64,000 nt of DNA from Candidatus Sumerlaeaceae bacterium (GCA_051003195.1 JBPCLP010000055.1:1-64000); one strand, 5' to 3'; counted from the stretch's first letter, positions 27,534 to 37,151 are shown. Translations and numbers: made by a program. The notes: generated by a model not told the origin, from the letters alone.

Positions 27534-28901
27534 ATGAGCGATATGAATCGGCGACAGTTTATCCGTAAAGTCGGGCTCTCAAGCCTCGCGTACTTCACAG
27601 CCGAAGCCACTACACCAAACTGGATCATTCGCGCGGCGCAGGCCGTGCCGCTTTCCTGTCTTGCCGACGGCAAGATTTTAGTCATCCTGCAGCAGTCCGG
27701 CGGCAACGACGGGTTGAATACCGTCATCCCGCGCACGGATCCTGTCTACTATGACGCCTTGACCCGCCCGACCATCAGGGTCGCGGCCGGATCGGAGATC
27801 AATCTCACGGGGCCGGTCGGCCTTCATCCGCGACTGGCAAAAGTTGCAGACTGGTATAACTTGGGCAACGTCGCTATTATGCAGAACGTCGGCTACGTGA
27901 ACCCCGATCTGTCGCATTTCTCGTCCACAGATTACTGGGAGACCGGAAGCGTGCCTGGCGTCGTGCTTCCGACGCAGGGATGGGTGGCCAGGTTCTATGA
28001 CAACACATGTAATGGGACCGGCGACCCGGAGGCGCTTTTCATGGCAGCTACCGGCATGAGCACGGTACCTGGGGCATTTGAAAACGCAACCGGCTACACG
28101 CCGCCCGCAGTCTCCAGCGCCAGTTCATACAATCTCACCACCAACGGAAGCACCGCCCCGAGTACCACCGACCGCACGATCCGACTTAATGGCATCACGG
28201 CCTTGAATTCCATGACAACAACCGATCCCGATATCGATTTCGTACAGCGCAGTGAAAACACGGCAGAAGCGTCGATCACAGATATCGCCACCGCATCGGC
28301 CATGCCCGACCTCGTCGCACCGGGAAGCTACACTACCGACACCTTTGGCACAGGAATGAAGCTCGCATCGCAAATCATCCGGGCCGGGTTTAATACACGC
28401 ATCTTTTACGTAAGCCAGGGCGGCTACGATACACATGCCGATCAGATTAACACCGCCGATCCGTTGAATGCGGGCGATCATCCTGTGCTGTTGTCCAACC
28501 TGGACAAGAACCTGGACGCGTTTTTGACAGAAATGCAATTGAGCGGCAATCTGGATCGAGTTCTTGTGCTGACGTTCAGCGAATTCGGTCGCCGCGTCGT
28601 CGAGAACAGCAGCCGAGGCACCGATCATGGAGCAGCAAATGTCATGTTCGCTTTAGGTGGCGGCGTCAACGGAGGCGTCTTCGGTGGCCAGCCCGATCTC
28701 GTGAATCTCATTAAGGGCAACCTGACTCACCAGGTGGATTTCCGGGCGGTTTATTCGCAGGTGATCGAGAACTGGTTTGGCGCGCAGGCATCACCCGTCT
28801 TTGGGGCATCGGCGTATAATTCCCTCATCGCGCCCGACATGATTAAAGTGCCCTTTGTCGGAACACCGGCCGCTGTTCGCGAGTGGAAGCAGTACGCGTG
28901 A
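27534..28901 (+). CDS. DUF1501 family protein with Tat signal and C-terminal AAVREWKQYA tail
   Basis: NRRQFIRK twin-arginine signal; GGNDGLNTVIP, SHF, GGYDTH, FSEFGRR..EN..GTDHG, VDFRAVY. Confidence 0.92.
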   Translation: MSDMNRRQFIRKVGLSSLAYFTAEATTPNWIIRAAQAVPLSCLADGKILVILQQSGGNDGLNTVIPRTDPVYYDALTRPTIRVAAGSEINLTGPVGLHPRLAKVADWYNLGNVAIMQNVGYVNPDLSHFSSTDYWETGSVPGVVLPTQGWVARFYDNTCNGTGDPEALFMAATGMSTVPGAFENATGYTPPAVSSASSYNLTTNGSTAPSTTDRTIRLNGITALNSMTTTDPDIDFVQRSENTAEASITDIATASAMPDLVAPGSYTTDTFGTGMKLASQIIRAGFNTRIFYVSQGGYDTHADQINTADPLNAGDHPVLLSNLDKNLDAFLTEMQLSGNLDRVLVLTFSEFGRRVVENSSRGTDHGAANVMFALGGGVNGGVFGGQPDLVNLIKGNLTHQVDFRAVYSQVIENWFGAQASPVFGASAYNSLIAPDMIKVPFVGTPAAVREWKQYA

Positions 28902-29629
28902 CACGTAATCGGGTTGTAGCAGTTCTTTTTGTTCTCACATACGGCGTCGATTCTTCAACGGCTGCCACACTGCTTCTGGAGCAAGGCGTAAACGGTTACA
29001 CAGGCACCGGCGATACCACGATTTTCCAGGACCGTCCCAATAATTCCTCGGGCGGTTTTCCGGAGCTGTTCTCCGGCGCGATTCTCAATGGATCCTTGCG
29101 CCGCACCCTAATCCGATTCGATCTGCCAACGACGCTGACCAGCAGCGCGGTCATTACATCCGTCTCACTCAGACTTGTAGTCGATCGCGCACGACCCGGC
29201 GTTCAAACTCACACCCTTAGAAAAGTGACACGATCCTGGAACGAGGGTAATCTGCAGCTCACCGACCCAAGCACCATCGGACAGGGCGCAGCCTCGCAAC
29301 CGGGCGATGCCACGTGGAATTCTGCCGCCGACGGTCAAACCAGCTGGACCACAGCCGGTGGAGATTTCTCCGGAGCAACCAGCGGAAGCGGCGCGGTGGA
29401 CATCGCGGGCACAATATCCTTGTTCACAGGTGCTGGCATGGTGCAGGACGTCCAGTCCTGGCTAAACGGCTCGGCCCAGAATTTTGGCTGGGTGTTGCTG
29501 GGCAACGAGGCGAGCGTGTGGAACGCAAAGCGGTTCGTTTCGAGTGAAGGCATCTCGGGCCAGCGCCCGCAGCTTACGATCACTTTCGCTCCACCGACCA
29601 GCGCAGCCAACTGGCAACTGTTCTACTAA
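28898..29629 (+). CDS. Secreted DNRLRE-like domain protein with C-terminal TSAANWQLFY tail
   Basis: GTGA overlap with the upstream stop; signal peptide; QG.NGY.G..DT, RRTLIRFDL, W...GGDF, VQSW....NFGW, SSE....RPQLTI. Confidence 0.75.
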   Translation: MTRNRVVAVLFVLTYGVDSSTAATLLLEQGVNGYTGTGDTTIFQDRPNNSSGGFPELFSGAILNGSLRRTLIRFDLPTTLTSSAVITSVSLRLVVDRARPGVQTHTLRKVTRSWNEGNLQLTDPSTIGQGAASQPGDATWNSAADGQTSWTTAGGDFSGATSGSGAVDIAGTISLFTGAGMVQDVQSWLNGSAQNFGWVLLGNEASVWNAKRFVSSEGISGQRPQLTITFAPPTSAANWQLFY

Positions 29630-29669
29630 GTAGTAAGTACTACTTCTTCTTTTAGCTGGCGCGGCGGAT

Positions 29670-30737
29670 TTACCTGGCGCGGCTTGGTTTTTTGGCGCTC
29701 TTGCTGCTGGATTTGCTGCGGGAAGGTTTGCCTTTGGCAGCAGGAATTGGCTTTTTGGCCTCACGTTTTTTCGATTCGGGCTCGGTCGTGACTTCGAGCT
29801 CCGTCTGTGGCTCTTCAGAAGCTTGATAAGGTTTGTCATGCACGTCATCAAACCGGGCGGCCATCAACTCGATCACGCTCGTCGGATCATCGGCACTCAC
29901 AGCGTCTACACGAAAGCTGCCCCGATCATCCACCCATCGCACGCGCGGTACCGGCGCCCCGACTCCGTTTAATAATTTCTGGGCCTCGTCCGGCAATGGC
30001 TGACGCTGGAAGCGCTGCAGCATTTCCGCCGTCGTTGTAGTCCCCAGGGGAAAATACGCGACGCTCGGGACGTTGTCGAATGACGCGACCGTAATGGCGC
30101 CTGCGCTGGTGCGAATGTCTACGCCGCTCAGAAACTCCACGGTGCGGAGTATTTCTTTTTTACGATACGCCGTGTAGCCATCCACCGCCTCTCGCAATTC
30201 ATTGCAGAACTCGGTGGTGAAGTAGTCAGGTCCTTCGGTCGGCAGATCTCTCAGCAGAATGGGAAAAAGGCTGTCTCTGTCTTTCGAAACTGTGCGGATG
30301 GCGGCGGTGCTGACACTATCCGTTGTGCTGAAATTAAATACCCAGTCTGCATCCGGCCGCGGCGCTATAATGTCGATCAGGTACCCTCGCCTCGTTGGCA
30401 CGTGTACGTAGAAAAACCCGCTGCCGTTGTCGCCGATGAAAGATTCGCACGCGATCCACTCCTCATCGATCCAGATGAGATTGGCAGGCGAAGGATTGAT
30501 TTCCGGCAGTTCAACCGAAAAGTGCGGGTCTCCATTTGGATGAAAGAGGTTCATTCGGATCACACCGATGAAACCGATGTCCTCCCACTCGACATTCGCC
30601 TTGTGCTGCCGGCCTGGCGACGCAATTGCCGCCGGCTCCAGGACCTTCGGCGTAGCCGCTGCCGGTGAGACAGGCAAAAGAACTGCCATAGCCAGGACTC
30701 TAAAGGTTTTGAGCGGCATACTGAACATCACGTACAT
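29670..30737 (-). CDS. Exported hypothetical protein with Lys/Ser-rich C-terminal tail
   Basis: Signal peptide (VLAMAVLLPVSPAAA); basic low-complexity C-terminus. Start uncertain. Confidence 0.6.
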   Translation of the reverse strand: MYVMFSMPLKTFRVLAMAVLLPVSPAAATPKVLEPAAIASPGRQHKANVEWEDIGFIGVIRMNLFHPNGDPHFSVELPEINPSPANLIWIDEEWIACESFIGDNGSGFFYVHVPTRRGYLIDIIAPRPDADWVFNFSTTDSVSTAAIRTVSKDRDSLFPILLRDLPTEGPDYFTTEFCNELREAVDGYTAYRKKEILRTVEFLSGVDIRTSAGAITVASFDNVPSVAYFPLGTTTTAEMLQRFQRQPLPDEAQKLLNGVGAPVPRVRWVDDRGSFRVDAVSADDPTSVIELMAARFDDVHDKPYQASEEPQTELEVTTEPESKKREAKKPIPAAKGKPSRSKSSSKSAKKPSRAR

Positions 30738-30784
30738 CCGTTCTGCGCGTGTGCGGATGCCAGCGCCAGTAAAAACTGTTCCAT

Positions 30785-31933
30785 CTAACGCGCAAGCACG
30801 CCCCCAATTACCTGCTCCCACTGCTGCATAATCTCCGCCGGAGAAAACCGCTCGTTCACCTCTCCTGCGGCTTTGCCAAGCCGCGCTCGTTGTGCTGCGT
30901 CTCCCATGAGCCTTAGCATCGCATCCGCCAATGCAATAGTATCTTGAGGCGGCACCAGGATTCCATTCTCATCATTTCGAATCAGATCCGCAGGTCCGCT
31001 GGGACAATCAAAACTTATGACCGCGCAGCCGCAGCTCATCGCTTCGAGCAAAGCATTTGGAAATCCCTCGTAACGCGATGACAGTACGAACATTTCCGCT
31101 GTTCGCAGTACCAGGCAGGGATCTGTAACCCGTCCGATAAAATAAACGCGGGATAGAATCCCCTGTCGCTGCGCCAGTTCACGCAGTCGTTCCCGCTCCG
31201 CCCCCTCACCTATGATCACCAGAGACCATTGCGGCATCGACGAAGTCACAACCGCAAATGCGTCCACTAACAGATCGAAACCCTTTTGCGGTTCCAGTCG
31301 GCCCATCGCAGCGATGAAAGGCTTCCGAGGCAGCACAATTCCCGGATCGCCCGTTTCATGGAAACTCTGGCGTGCCTCTACTGCATTGGGAATACGAACG
31401 ACGCGATCCGGGCGTAGAAAGCTCAGCGCCCATTCGCGCACCGATTCGGTCTGCACGACAACGGCATGAGCCCACCGATAGGTGAATTGTCGTGTATGGT
31501 TCCACATCCGGCCGATAACGTGAAATCTTGGATCAATCCTCTCAGACACAATCACGGGTATGTCTAATCCGCACGTCGCCAAAAGAACAAGGATGTTCGT
31601 TGTGTCGGTAAAGCTGATGACAACCTCAGGATTAGACAGCTTGATCGCACTTCGCAGCCGCCGCAAACGCCGCGCATTATTTCTGAAAGCCTGGTATGCG
31701 TTCCTGGAATCGCCGAGCAGGTTGAGTGCGACCCGCCGCACGCCAGCGTCCAGTTGATAAAAATCCGATGCGCCGCCGCCAAGTGTGATCAGCGTAACCA
31801 GTTTGCCCCGCTCTGCCCAATAGTTCGCCATCATGCTCAGCACCCGTTCAGCTCCTCCAGGGCCAAGTGTCGCTATGACAAGAGTAATGCGTTGAACCGA
31901 TCGGATTGGCTCTCGTACGTCCACGTGGGACAT
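30785..31933 (-). CDS. GT4 glycosyltransferase (PglJ/AmsD-like)
   Basis: GGAERV, GRL..QKGFD, SSRYEGFPNALLEAM..G, DCPSGP. Confidence 0.9.
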   Translation of the reverse strand: MSHVDVREPIRSVQRITLVIATLGPGGAERVLSMMANYWAERGKLVTLITLGGGASDFYQLDAGVRRVALNLLGDSRNAYQAFRNNARRLRRLRSAIKLSNPEVVISFTDTTNILVLLATCGLDIPVIVSERIDPRFHVIGRMWNHTRQFTYRWAHAVVVQTESVREWALSFLRPDRVVRIPNAVEARQSFHETGDPGIVLPRKPFIAAMGRLEPQKGFDLLVDAFAVVTSSMPQWSLVIIGEGAERERLRELAQRQGILSRVYFIGRVTDPCLVLRTAEMFVLSSRYEGFPNALLEAMSCGCAVISFDCPSGPADLIRNDENGILVPPQDTIALADAMLRLMGDAAQRARLGKAAGEVNERFSPAEIMQQWEQVIGGVLAR

Positions 31934-32027
31934 GAGGCTGAAGCGCTTCCTCCCAGTGATGCAACCACAACTCGCAACGTTTCATTAGCAGTTGAACTTG
32001 CCACTGGCGCTGGCAACAGCGGTACTC

Positions 32028-32297
32028 ATGCTGTTACACGCTGTCATTAAAGGCCAGGTCCAGGGCGTCGGCTTCCGATATTTTGTGCTGAAGAGCGCAC
32101 AACAGTACAAGCTGACCGGCTGGGTCCGCAACCTTCCGAATGGCAACGTTGAAGTGGAAGCGCAAGGCGACGAGGACAGTCTTTATGAACTCGAACAGGC
32201 GCTATGGAAAGGTCCGCACTTTTCGAGGGTAGAGGACGTTGCGTGTAACCGCACCGAACAAGAGCGGCCGTACAGCGAGTTCGAAGTGCGCCGCTGA
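32028..32297 (+). CDS. acyP: Acylphosphatase
   Basis: G.VQGVGFR, GWVRN..NG.VE, GP. Confidence 0.93.
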   Translation: MLLHAVIKGQVQGVGFRYFVLKSAQQYKLTGWVRNLPNGNVEVEAQGDEDSLYELEQALWKGPHFSRVEDVACNRTEQERPYSEFEVRR

Positions 32298-32313
32298 ACC
32301 GTCGCCGGAGTCG

Positions 32314-33027
32314 TTACGGCCCGATGCGTACCAGGTCCCCGTCCGAAACAGTGCCGTTCGTAGGATCATAGGACAAATCCTCCAGCAGCGTACGCATGTA
32401 TGGCACGTTGGTCAGTGTGGCGGGCGTGGCGGGAGTGTTTTCCATGAAATTGGTGACCTGATTTTCGTTAATGTCTCCCAGCCGCGATGGGTTGCGGGTA
32501 TCCGAGTACGTACCGAGCACGTTCGGATTTGTGGTGCCCTTACCCCCGGGTGCAAGCAGGTCGTTGTCAGGCCCAACGCTCGTCAGCACGTACCCATTCT
32601 TAGTCGTCTTTGCGGGCCGATAACAGTAAGTCATGATGTGCGAAATATGCCCGGCGAAAACATCGGTTGGCACCGTCGTCATGTATGCGATCGGCGTTGT
32701 TATACCTGCAAAGTCGCGACCCACCGTCAGCGCTGTGCCATTGCGGGTTCGAAATCCGTAGAAACCAGTCTGAAGCCCATATTGAGATAAAAAGTCGGCA
32801 ATGCGCTCATCATAGCCCGTGGCACTATCGGTTCCGTCCGGGTAGCTGTTGTTGTCGACGCGATACGATTCAATACCCGTCGCGAGTGCGCGAAGGTCGT
32901 TCTTCACCCGGGAAACTTTAGCGCGCGTCTGCGCCTCCAGAAAATTCGGAACTGCAATTGCAGCAAGGATTGCAATAATCGCCACAACAATCAAAAGCTC
33001 GATCAGGGTAAAGCCACGGCGCACCAC
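32314..33027 (-). CDS. Prepilin-type N-terminal cleavage/methylation protein (GspG/type IV pilin-like)
   Basis: G|FTLIELLIVVAIIAILAAIAVPNFLEAQTRAKVSR; AGGAGG RBS. Confidence 0.9.
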   Translation of the reverse strand: MVRRGFTLIELLIVVAIIAILAAIAVPNFLEAQTRAKVSRVKNDLRALATGIESYRVDNNSYPDGTDSATGYDERIADFLSQYGLQTGFYGFRTRNGTALTVGRDFAGITTPIAYMTTVPTDVFAGHISHIMTYCYRPAKTTKNGYVLTSVGPDNDLLAPGGKGTTNPNVLGTYSDTRNPSRLGDINENQVTNFMENTPATPATLTNVPYMRTLLEDLSYDPTNGTVSDGDLVRIGP

Positions 33028-33318
33028 AATTCCCTCCTAACAGGGTAGCGATTGCCATCTGTTGCGCAAGCTGTATTCCGCATGCAGCTCATCATGTAAG
33101 CCAAATAAAAGCAATGTTCGCATAGCATCCAACTGCTGTCAGAGCCGTGCTTATCGGCTGATCTGCCGCGCATGGAGTGGAGCATTTCAGCCAGTATTTT
33201 GCGGAGCTGAACAATGGCACCGATCTAATTATCTTTGGGTTTGGATTGCGGTTGCGCGTGCGAAACGGTCAGTTTCACGCTGGCAGATACATAACTCCCG
33301 ACCAGCTACGGAGCTCCA

Positions 33319-33657
33319 ATGAAAAAGATCGAATGTATAATCCGGCCGCACCAGTTGGAGATGGTGAAAAGCGATTTGCTCGCATTCGGCATTCAAGGCA
33401 TGACCGTCTACGAAGTGCAGGGGTTTGGACGGCAGAAAGGGCACCAGGAGATGTATCGCGGCAACGAGTACATGGTTGATTTTGTGCCGAAAGTTAAACT
33501 GGAGATCCTGGCCGATGAAGAACAGGCCGATGCCATCGTCGATATCATAAAAAAGGCGGCCTATACCGGAAAAATTGGAGACGGGAAAATCTACGTTAGT
33601 TCTGTTGAGAGCATGATTCGCATACGTACCGGCGAAACAGGACCGGACGCTATCTAG
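33319..33657 (+). CDS. glnB: Nitrogen regulatory protein P-II
   Basis: GFGRQKG...YRG.EY, PKVKLEI, TGKIGDGKI, IRIRTGE.G.DAI; 112 aa. glnB versus glnK is not resolved, but no amtB is adjacent. Confidence 0.93.
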   Translation: MKKIECIIRPHQLEMVKSDLLAFGIQGMTVYEVQGFGRQKGHQEMYRGNEYMVDFVPKVKLEILADEEQADAIVDIIKKAAYTGKIGDGKIYVSSVESMIRIRTGETGPDAI

Positions 33658-33753
33658 TGTGCCGAATCAAAAATTCCTATCCACTTTGAGCGCGGAAGAT
33701 GAGCTCAGTTCGGCACACAGAACCGAATACGAATGACCGGTAGATCACACTAG
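33654..33753 (+). mobile_element. MITE-like palindromic element, copy 1 (subfamily A, 100 bp)
   Basis: Ends CTAGTGTG...CACACTAG; 88/100 identical to 58529..58628; internal inverted repeat GTGTGCCGAA / TTCGGCACAC. Confidence 0.8.
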
Positions 33754-33839
33754 CAGTTGAAACCGCTCTTCGCGGGTGCAAAGTTTCGCGGATTAGGTGG
33801 TACTGGACCGCCTGAAATCGCAACAGGCGGTCGCTTGAT

Positions 33840-35165
33840 TTGTTGTTGTTCTTCTTTTTGGTTAAGTGCAGGATCCCGGCATTGCTTTCGGTGCTCGTGT
33901 GCGTGCTGTTTGCGCCAGGACTTCGCGCGGCAGAATCCGACGACGCTGCCATGCCGGTACGAAAAGCTTCCGCAAAAAAAGCGAGTGTCGATTCGGACGA
34001 AAAGTCCAGGATCGAAAGCAAGAAGCCCGGCGCTAAAACAAGCGCGAGAACCGAGAAAACCAAAACATCAGCAGGCAGAGCTGCCGCCAAAGAGTCGTCT
34101 ACAAAAACAAAGAAAAAACCGGCAGCCGATTCTGGGAAAACATCAGCTTCGGAAAAGCCTGCCTCAAACGCGACAGCCAGGTCCAGGACACAGGCGAAAA
34201 CTTCGGACGATCCGATCGCAATGCCTGTTCGCAGTAAAGCATCAAGGCGGACGCAAATAAAGGATGAAGAACCGGAAGTTGAAACTCCCGCAGAAACCCA
34301 GCCTGCCACAACGGAACCTGTGGATCTGCCTGACCCGCAAGTAACACGCTCGGCAGCGCTGGCCGCACCGGCGTCCACTCTTCCGCCCCCGGCTGCAACG
34401 AACAGTCAGTCCGCTCCGGGAACCGGATTTTTCCGGCGCCTGTTCAGCCGCCGCTCCAATCGCACGCAGACGCAGACCACCCAACAGCAGCCGTTGTCCT
34501 TCAATACAGATTATGCCACCCGCGCCGCAGGCGCTATCATTCCGGTGGTTTTACCTGGTTTCGGCTGGGGCGGCGTCGATCTGCCCATCGGTTCCGAGGA
34601 CCCCTACCGACTCTCAACCCTGCCGTCGGATTTTCGTCCGACGGATCTCGTACTTCTTCCAAAAGATTATTCGTATTATAAAAATCCCATCTATCTGCGC
34701 CAGGAGGCCGCGCATAGCCTGACACGCATGTTTAACGACGCAGCGCGCGAGGGGCTGACGCTTAAAATCTTCAGCGGCTATCGAGACTACGCGCACCAGC
34801 AACGGTTATACACGCAGGCTGTCTCGCGAAATAAAAATCAGAATACCGTAGCAAGGCCCGGCAAGAGCGAACACCAGCTTGGCACTACTGCAGACGTAAC
34901 CAACAATGCCAAATACCTGATGAAGCGCTCTTTTGCGGAAACTCCCGAGGGAAAGTGGCTCGTCGCAAATGGCGCCCGTTATGGGTGGAAGATGACCGTT
35001 CTAAGAGGAACTGGCCCACGGAGCCATGCTGACGAGCCATGGCACATTCGTTATCTAGGCTCGAACGTGAATGCTGCAAACCAAGTGGTTCAGCAACCGC
35101 AGCAGCAGCCCCAGCGGCGATCTCTTCTTGGGCGGTTGGGCGGGCTTTTCGGTCGCCGTGGATAA
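33840..35165 (+). CDS. Peptidase M15B (VanY/LdcB-like) carboxypeptidase with long Lys/Ser/Ala-rich N-terminal region
   Basis: SGYRDY..Q..LY, ARPGKSEHQLG...D, EPWHIRYLG; signal peptide. Start uncertain. Confidence 0.85.
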   Translation: MLLFFFLVKCRIPALLSVLVCVLFAPGLRAAESDDAAMPVRKASAKKASVDSDEKSRIESKKPGAKTSARTEKTKTSAGRAAAKESSTKTKKKPAADSGKTSASEKPASNATARSRTQAKTSDDPIAMPVRSKASRRTQIKDEEPEVETPAETQPATTEPVDLPDPQVTRSAALAAPASTLPPPAATNSQSAPGTGFFRRLFSRRSNRTQTQTTQQQPLSFNTDYATRAAGAIIPVVLPGFGWGGVDLPIGSEDPYRLSTLPSDFRPTDLVLLPKDYSYYKNPIYLRQEAAHSLTRMFNDAAREGLTLKIFSGYRDYAHQQRLYTQAVSRNKNQNTVARPGKSEHQLGTTADVTNNAKYLMKRSFAETPEGKWLVANGARYGWKMTVLRGTGPRSHADEPWHIRYLGSNVNAANQVVQQPQQQPQRRSLLGRLGGLFGRRG

Positions 35166-36663
35166 CGCGTGCAAGTATTCCGTACCGAGGGCTGCGGTCT
35201 CTCTACTGGTCTACGTATTCGCCATTTGCGTGTCCTGCGCCAATGCAACACCCGTTGAACGCACAGAACTCCAGTCGCACATTACCGATCTCCTTAGCAC
35301 ATCACCCGCGAGGACCGTTGCGGTCTATGTGCTCGATGCGAACACAAGCGAAGTACTCGTCAATTTAACAGGCGAGCAGCCCGTCAAGCCTGCATCCTGT
35401 AATAAGCTGCTCACTACGGCCGCAGCGCTTTCGCTGCTCGGGCCGGAATTCACCTTTCACACCCGGGTGCTTTACACAGGTGAGCACTGGCAGCGTGGTG
35501 GAGTGCTACACGGCGATCTGATCATCGAAGGTGGCGGGGATCCGACAATCTCCGGCCGCTTCGCTAAAGATAAACGCGATGTTACTTCGATATTTCGAAA
35601 CGAATGGGAGTCGACGCTGGGCGGCTACTTCGATCGGATCGAAGGTAATATTATTGCCGACGATTCGTTCTTTGATGACGAGTACTTCCACCCGGCGTGG
35701 TACCCGGCTGAGCGTGCCGAGTGGTACGAGGCGGAAATATCCGCACTGGCATTCAACGATAACTGTGTGGACCTGTCGTGGTCCTCCAGGAATAAGCTCC
35801 CCGGCGCTATTGCGGACGTGCAGCTTAACCCAAAAACTAAATACGTAACGCTACAGAACAATGTTAGAGTGGCCGCGAAAGGCCGGCGTGTAGAGCGCTA
35901 CTACACACGCGCGGCCGAACGAAACGACATCACCGCCTCGGGAACCCTTGCATTGGATTCAACCAAAGAAGACAGTGCGGCCATTCACAATGGCGCGCTG
36001 TACTTCGCCACCGTATTAAAGGATACCCTCACGAGTGATGGCTTCAGGATATCAGGCAAGCCGCTGCATCGACGTGGTGCTGCGTCGGTAAAAGGCGCAG
36101 AAGAATTGATCGATCACCCGTCGCCTCCTCTCGCGGAAATTATAAAGGTCGTCAATCTGAACAGCCAGAATTTCTACGCGGAGTGCCTGTGCAAAAGCCT
36201 TGGCAAGCTGCGAGGCAGCGGCGGCAGCTTTGCGGCAGGCACCGACGTCATCGAGAAGTTCGCGCGCGATCATCGAATCTTTCATGAGGGACACGATGCG
36301 GTGGATGGTTCCGGTCTCTCGCCTCGCAATCGCACAACTGCGCGCCAGCTCGTGGAAACGTTGCGCTTTATGGATGGAACCGAGTGGCGCGATGCATGGC
36401 GCGCAACGCTGCCCCAGGGCGGGACGCGCGGCAGTTTGAAATCGCGGTTCCAGGGCACAGCCGCATCCCGCGCACTCGCCCCGCGAATCTTTGGCAAAAC
36501 CGGACTGATTGGAGGCGTGCGTTCGCTGTCGGGGTTTGTGAAAAATGACGACGGACGCGAGCTCTATTATAGTATCGTACTGAACGAGCTGTCGGAGGGC
36601 CGCGCCGAAGAAGGCATGGCGATGATTGACCGCATTGCTCTCGCACTGGCAGAAGCGCAGTAA
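35158..36663 (+). CDS. dacB: D-alanyl-D-alanine carboxypeptidase/endopeptidase (PBP4, peptidase S13)
   Basis: PASCNK (SxxK), SQN, KTG, GGGDPT, DGSGLS; GTG start overlaps the upstream stop. Confidence 0.92.
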   Translation: MDNACKYSVPRAAVSLLVYVFAICVSCANATPVERTELQSHITDLLSTSPARTVAVYVLDANTSEVLVNLTGEQPVKPASCNKLLTTAAALSLLGPEFTFHTRVLYTGEHWQRGGVLHGDLIIEGGGDPTISGRFAKDKRDVTSIFRNEWESTLGGYFDRIEGNIIADDSFFDDEYFHPAWYPAERAEWYEAEISALAFNDNCVDLSWSSRNKLPGAIADVQLNPKTKYVTLQNNVRVAAKGRRVERYYTRAAERNDITASGTLALDSTKEDSAAIHNGALYFATVLKDTLTSDGFRISGKPLHRRGAASVKGAEELIDHPSPPLAEIIKVVNLNSQNFYAECLCKSLGKLRGSGGSFAAGTDVIEKFARDHRIFHEGHDAVDGSGLSPRNRTTARQLVETLRFMDGTEWRDAWRATLPQGGTRGSLKSRFQGTAASRALAPRIFGKTGLIGGVRSLSGFVKNDDGRELYYSIVLNELSEGRAEEGMAMIDRIALALAEAQ

Positions 36664-36713
36664 AGTGGCATAAATCTCGCCCCCCTTAGTGGTTATTGAA
36701 CGGGAGGCCAACC

Positions 36714-37151
36714 ATGAGACTACCACTGAATCTGGACACCACCGCACTTAAAGAGATCGGCATGGTGCTTCCCAATCTGGCGATACTTACCGGCAAACTT
36801 GCATTGGATAAGCGCGTGAGTTGGGAGACCAAAGGCATGCTGCTTGCCGGAACCGCTTACATCGTCTCACCCATCGACTTTGTACCGGATGTTATTCCGG
36901 GCCTCGGACAGGTAGAGGACCTTTTCGTTGCGGTGCTTCTGCTTGACGGCATTCTTAATGAAATCGATCCCGCGATAGTCGAGGAACATTGGAACGGCGA
37001 TTTAGCAACACTCACGCGGTTGCGAGTGATTGTAAATTCCATCATGGCCTTTGTCCCCGCCTTTATTCGCGAACAAGTCGTGCGACGCGCTTTTCACAGT
37101 CCACGAAATCCGGTAAACGCGGTACGGAAATTCGTTCCGGCTGGACGCTAA
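36714..37151 (+). CDS. DUF1232 / YkvA family membrane protein
   Basis: AYIVSPIDFVPD.IPGLGQ.ED; GGGAGG RBS. Confidence 0.85.
   Translation: MRLPLNLDTTALKEIGMVLPNLAILTGKLALDKRVSWETKGMLLAGTAYIVSPIDFVPDVIPGLGQVEDLFVAVLLLDGILNEIDPAIVEEHWNGDLATLTRLRVIVNSIMAFVPAFIREQVVRRAFHSPRNPVNAVRKFVPAGR

Noticed and set aside
29651..29683. Short direct repeat (TTTA[GC]CTGGCGCGGC) at the 3' end of the minus-strand gene
   Set aside because: Two copies only, in low-complexity sequence; no evidence of function or frameshift.
33214..33230. Possible sigma54 promoter upstream of glnB (TGGCAC)
   Set aside because: The -12 TTGC element is missing at the required spacing.
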